Shown here: piece after piece, positions 60,663-64,000 of the stretch
Layout of the letters: the number at the start of each line of letters is the position of its first letter
Numbering within the stretch: position 1 is the stretch's first letter
Source: an uncultured delta proteobacterium
GTDB taxonomy: Bacteria; Myxococcota_A; Polyangia; Polyangiales; Polyangiaceae
Length of the DNA: 64,000 nt
Assembly (NCBI GenBank): GCA_963841435.1
Contig: CAWJCS010000006.1
Coordinates: forward strand, 1,536,001 to 1,600,000
Reading direction: 5' to 3'
The notes under the pieces: model-generated
The model's database searches: none
What the model was told of the DNA's origin: nothing
The model's input: the letters and a program-made list of their open reading frames with translations, nothing else
Program-made: the position numbers and the translations under genes

Positions 60663-61019
60663 ATGCTCGAGTTCTTCCAAGAGGGCGGTTTTTCGATGTT
60701 TTTCCTTTTGGGCTTCGGGGTCTTCACCCTGGTGCTCGCGGTCCGCTACGCGCGGGTCCCGACCCGCGTGCGCTTTCGCACGACCCTGGGGCTCGCGGCG
60801 GCCACGGGCTTCGCAACGCTGACGAGCGTGCTGGCCAACGTCGCCGCCGTGGGGCATCACGCGTCCGAGTTTCTCGAAAGGCACCGGGAAATGACGCTCC
60901 CCGAGGTGCTGCTGCAGGGCGTCGCGGAGTCGATGGCACCGGGCATTCTCGGCTTCACGCTGCTCGCGCTCGCGGCGGTCGTCGTTACGGTCGGGATCTA
61001 CCGGGAGCCGCTCGCATGA
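60663..61019 (+). CDS. small three-TM protein, MotA/TolQ/ExbB-like
   Basis: GGAGG RBS; FFQEGGFSMF N-terminus, GVAESM before the last TM. Confidence 0.7.
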   Translation: MLEFFQEGGFSMFFLLGFGVFTLVLAVRYARVPTRVRFRTTLGLAAATGFATLTSVLANVAAVGHHASEFLERHREMTLPEVLLQGVAESMAPGILGFTLLALAAVVVTVGIYREPLA

Positions 61020-61382
61020 GGTTCGTCATCGAGGACCTCGTTGGACGCTACGCCCTCGTTCTCACCGAAGCGCTTCGCGAGCATATCGAGCGATACTTCG
61101 TCGGGCCGGCGCCCGACACGGACAAAGACCGCATTCGTTCCCAGGCGCTCGAGGAAAGTCGGAACGTCGGTCGTCGAGATCACGCCAGACGGCAGCTTCG
61201 TCTCGCGCTCGGGCGACACCGTCCACGCCCGTGTCACCTTGCCTCCGACGCAAGAAAGCGTGGAAGCGCTCCGGTTCGAGAAAGCGCCCGGTGCCCCCGT
61301 CTGCTTGCGGCTCGACGACAGGGACACGCTCGTCGCCGAGCAACCGGGGAAGCCAGTGGCGCAATTTCGCCGCCTGCGCTGA
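61016..61382 (+). CDS. hypothetical protein; apparent +1 frameshift near 61155
   Basis: Start overlaps the upstream stop; removing one A at 61155-61157 gives ALEE-VGTSVVEITPDG. Confidence 0.6.
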
Positions 61383-61681
61383 CAGCCCGGGCTTCGCGAG
61401 CGCACGATGCTCGCTCGAGCACCGTTTGACGCTGCGCGCAAACACCCGTACGAAGTGCCGATCTGTCGCCAGACGTGGGCGATCAACTGCGCAAGTGGCA
61501 CGCCCACTTTGACGGCCTGTGTGGGTGACATGGCCCGATGCACGACGTCCGCTTCCTTTCCTTCGCGCGGCCAGTCGCGCTCTTCGCCGCACGTTCGTCG
61601 GCGCCCGGCGAGGGAGCGCGCCATGCGAAGCTTGCCGACGAAGGACCCGCTGCGACCGGAGTGCTATGCTGCTCTCGTCGC

Positions 61682-62437
61682 ATGCGGCGAGGTCGGATCG
61701 GTGTGTGGGTGGGTGCGTCGGCGCTCTTTGCTGCCTGTGGTGGAGTGTCTAGAGAAGCGCACGAGTCCGTATCGCCGGGGGGTGCCGGGTCCGGCGGGGG
61801 CGCCACGGCGGGCAAGACCGCGGCGGGCGTGGGTGGTGCGCCGACGGGGGGCGCCTCGGCCGGGGCTTCTACGGCGGGTTCGAGCGCCGGCGCGAGTGCG
61901 GCAAGCGGCGCAGGCGGCCTGACAGGGGTTTCCGGGACCTCGCCGGCGAGCGGCGGCTCGGGGATGGGCGGCGCGGGCGGCCGTGACCTGCCGGGTGCGG
62001 GCGTCGGCGGTGAGCCGTCCGGTGGCGCCGCCGGCGAGGGCGGCGCGGGCGGCGGGGACGCGATCGCCTACACCGCGGTCGTCACCAATCCGATCGACTG
62101 CTGCGACATCGTGCTCGTGACCCGGGCCGACCCCACCACCTCGACCTGCGTCTTCTTCGAGGTGGCCGTCGTAGGACCGGGAGCGGTGGAGCCGCCGCTG
62201 GCGGTGTTCGCGTTCCCCGGCGTCGAGCACTGCTGCGCAAACGACCCGCTGCTCGCTACGATTTGCGGCGGCGATGCCGGCTGCCCGCGGGCGACGAGCG
62301 TGAGCGGGACGATCGCGGTCAACGCCAACGGTTTGGACATCGACCTCGCTCTCTCGTTCGAGCCGAGCGCCTGGCTCCCCGCGTCGATCGAGTTTCGCAC
62401 CGAGGATCTCGCGTCCTCGGCTTGTCCAAATCAGTGA
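61682..62437 (+). CDS. lipoprotein with Gly-rich linker and Cys-rich domain
   Basis: MRRGRIGVWVGASALFAAC lipobox. Confidence 0.7.
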   Translation: MRRGRIGVWVGASALFAACGGVSREAHESVSPGGAGSGGGATAGKTAAGVGGAPTGGASAGASTAGSSAGASAASGAGGLTGVSGTSPASGGSGMGGAGGRDLPGAGVGGEPSGGAAGEGGAGGGDAIAYTAVVTNPIDCCDIVLVTRADPTTSTCVFFEVAVVGPGAVEPPLAVFAFPGVEHCCANDPLLATICGGDAGCPRATSVSGTIAVNANGLDIDLALSFEPSAWLPASIEFRTEDLASSACPNQ

Positions 62438-64000
62438 AAATCCCTGGAAGCCTTGGGGATGTCGCGCCCCGGCAGGTCGAGCCGCTCCAGCGATTTTACG
62501 ACGACGTGGATCACGTTCGAAGCTTTTTCGAGCGTGCCTTCGGCGAACAGGAGCGACGCGTGCCGAGCAGGAAGCAGGTATCGCTCGAACACGTCGCGAA
62601 ACAAGATCAGATTGCTGAACCCGGTCTCGTCTTCGAGCGTGATGAACACGACGCCACTCGCCGTGCCCGGCTGCTGGCGCGACAGCACCACGCCGGCGAC
62701 CCGCACCGGCTCACCGTGCTCCACCTCGGAAAGCCGCTCCGCCGTCACCACGCCTCGCGCCGCCATGGCCCGGCGCAGATGTCGTAGCGGGTGATCGCTC
62801 ACCGATAGCCCTTTCTTCTGATAGTCGAGCAAGAGCTGTTCCGCTGCCTGGAGGGGACGGAGCAAAACGCGTGGCTCCTTCGTGCTCACCGTGGCGAACA
62901 ATCCACCGACGCGCGGCGTGCGCGCCTGCCAGAGTGCCTGGCGTCGCCCGACCACGAGCGCTTCGAACGCGCCGGCTTCGGCGAGCGCCTCGACCTCGTT
63001 CTTCTTGAGCGCCGCGCGCCGCATGAAATCCGCGAAATTCTCGAATGGCCGCGCCGACTCCACGCGCCGTGCTCCCGCTTCGGAGAGCCCCTTCACGAGC
63101 CGGAGCCCGAGCCGGAGCGCGGGACCCGTGCTCTCGTCTTCGAGTGTCGAGTCCCAGTCGCTCTGCGTCACGTCAACGTCGCGCACGGTGACGCCGTGTC
63201 GCTGCGCGTCCTGGACGATGGTCGACGGCGAGTAAAAACCCATGGGCTGCGAGTTCAAAAGCGCGCAGGCGAAGTGGGCCGGATGATGTTTTTTTTGCCA
63301 AGCAGAGACGTAAACGAGCAGCGCGAACGATGCAGCGTGCGATTCCGGAAATCCATACTCACCGAAGCCCTTGATCTGCTCGAACAGCGCCTCGCCGAAT
63401 GCCCTCGTGATGCCCCGAGCCGCGAAGCCTTCGAGCAGGCGATCGCGGTGGCGCATCAGGCGTCCCGTCTTCTTCCAGGCCGCCATGTCACGACGCAGCT
63501 GGTCGGCCTCGCCGGCGCTGTAGCCGGCGCCCGTGATGGCGATCTGCATCACCTGCTCTTGAAATAGCGGAACACCGAGCGTGCGCTCGAGAATGGGCTC
63601 GAGCGTCGGGTGCGGGAAAGTCACGGGAGCCTCGCCGGCCCGACGCCTGAGGTAGGGGTGCACCATGCCGCCCTGGATCGGCCCCGGCCGGACGATCGCG
63701 ACCTCGATCACGAGATCGTAGAAGCGCTCGGGGCGAAGCCTGGGCAGCATCGCCATCTGGGCGCGGCTCTCGATCTGGAACACGCCCACGGTGTCGGAGC
63801 GACTCACCATCTCGTACACGGAAGGGTCCTCGGCGGGAACTCGCGCGAGGGTCTCGATGGGATCGAAGACTTCGTCGGCAGCCGCTCGCAAATCGCCCCG
63901 CTCGTGCATGAGCCCGAGCGTTTTGCGGATGGCCGTCAGCATGCCGAGCCCGAGCACGTCGATCTTGAAGAATCCGAGCGCCTCGATATCGTCCTTGTCC
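62431..64000 (-). CDS. dnaE2: error-prone DNA polymerase (3' part, runs off window end)
   Basis: FKIDVLGLGML, GVFQIESRAQ, RPGPIQG, GFPESHA, LLNSQPMGFY, C-terminal SRDFH signature. Confidence 0.96.
   Translation of the reverse strand, partial: DKDDIEALGFFKIDVLGLGMLTAIRKTLGLMHERGDLRAAADEVFDPIETLARVPAEDPSVYEMVSRSDTVGVFQIESRAQMAMLPRLRPERFYDLVIEVAIVRPGPIQGGMVHPYLRRRAGEAPVTFPHPTLEPILERTLGVPLFQEQVMQIAITGAGYSAGEADQLRRDMAAWKKTGRLMRHRDRLLEGFAARGITRAFGEALFEQIKGFGEYGFPESHAASFALLVYVSAWQKKHHPAHFACALLNSQPMGFYSPSTIVQDAQRHGVTVRDVDVTQSDWDSTLEDESTGPALRLGLRLVKGLSEAGARRVESARPFENFADFMRRAALKKNEVEALAEAGAFEALVVGRRQALWQARTPRVGGLFATVSTKEPRVLLRPLQAAEQLLLDYQKKGLSVSDHPLRHLRRAMAARGVVTAERLSEVEHGEPVRVAGVVLSRQQPGTASGVVFITLEDETGFSNLILFRDVFERYLLPARHASLLFAEGTLEKASNVIHVVVKSLERLDLPGRDIPKASRDFH

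Noticed and set aside
61490-61506. Sigma54-like GG-N10-GC element on the minus strand
   Set aside because: It points antisense into the upstream gene with no ORF to drive, and such matches are frequent at high GC

Overview
High-GC (visually about 70%) chromosomal segment with the gene content and style of a myxobacterium, most likely Polyangiaceae/Sorangiineae (inferred from PEGA+Cys-rich lipoprotein pair, Gly-rich-linker lipoproteins, Ser/Thr kinase, FIST, TonB-C-like protein). About 58 CDS and one tRNA-Glu(TTC). Housekeeping genes: queG, pdxH, argF, cyclophilin, ddl, rpsA, cmk, aroA-like, hisC, pheA-like, smc and a partial dnaE2. Also a Gld-like ABC system, two ECF sigma modules, a higBA toxin-antitoxin pair abutting the tRNA, and an orphan SctV/FlhA gene. 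No CRISPR array, rRNA, transposase or integrase was seen. The best candidate for an undescribed system is the pheA-hisC-aroA-cmk-rpsA gene block. There, both PheA and AroA are intact ORFs but have lost most catalytic residues, tyrA is absent, and three apparently paralogous envelope proteins are interleaved, two of them translationally coupled. Other points: an SctV lacking subdomain 2; mirror-image back-to-back ECF promoters; a leaderless higBA promoter with a perfect operator; a PPC(DUF296)+PcrA-CTD-like fusion; and six +1 frameshifts sharing one error signature, probably sequencing artefacts. All family calls come from motif recognition by eye, not database searches.
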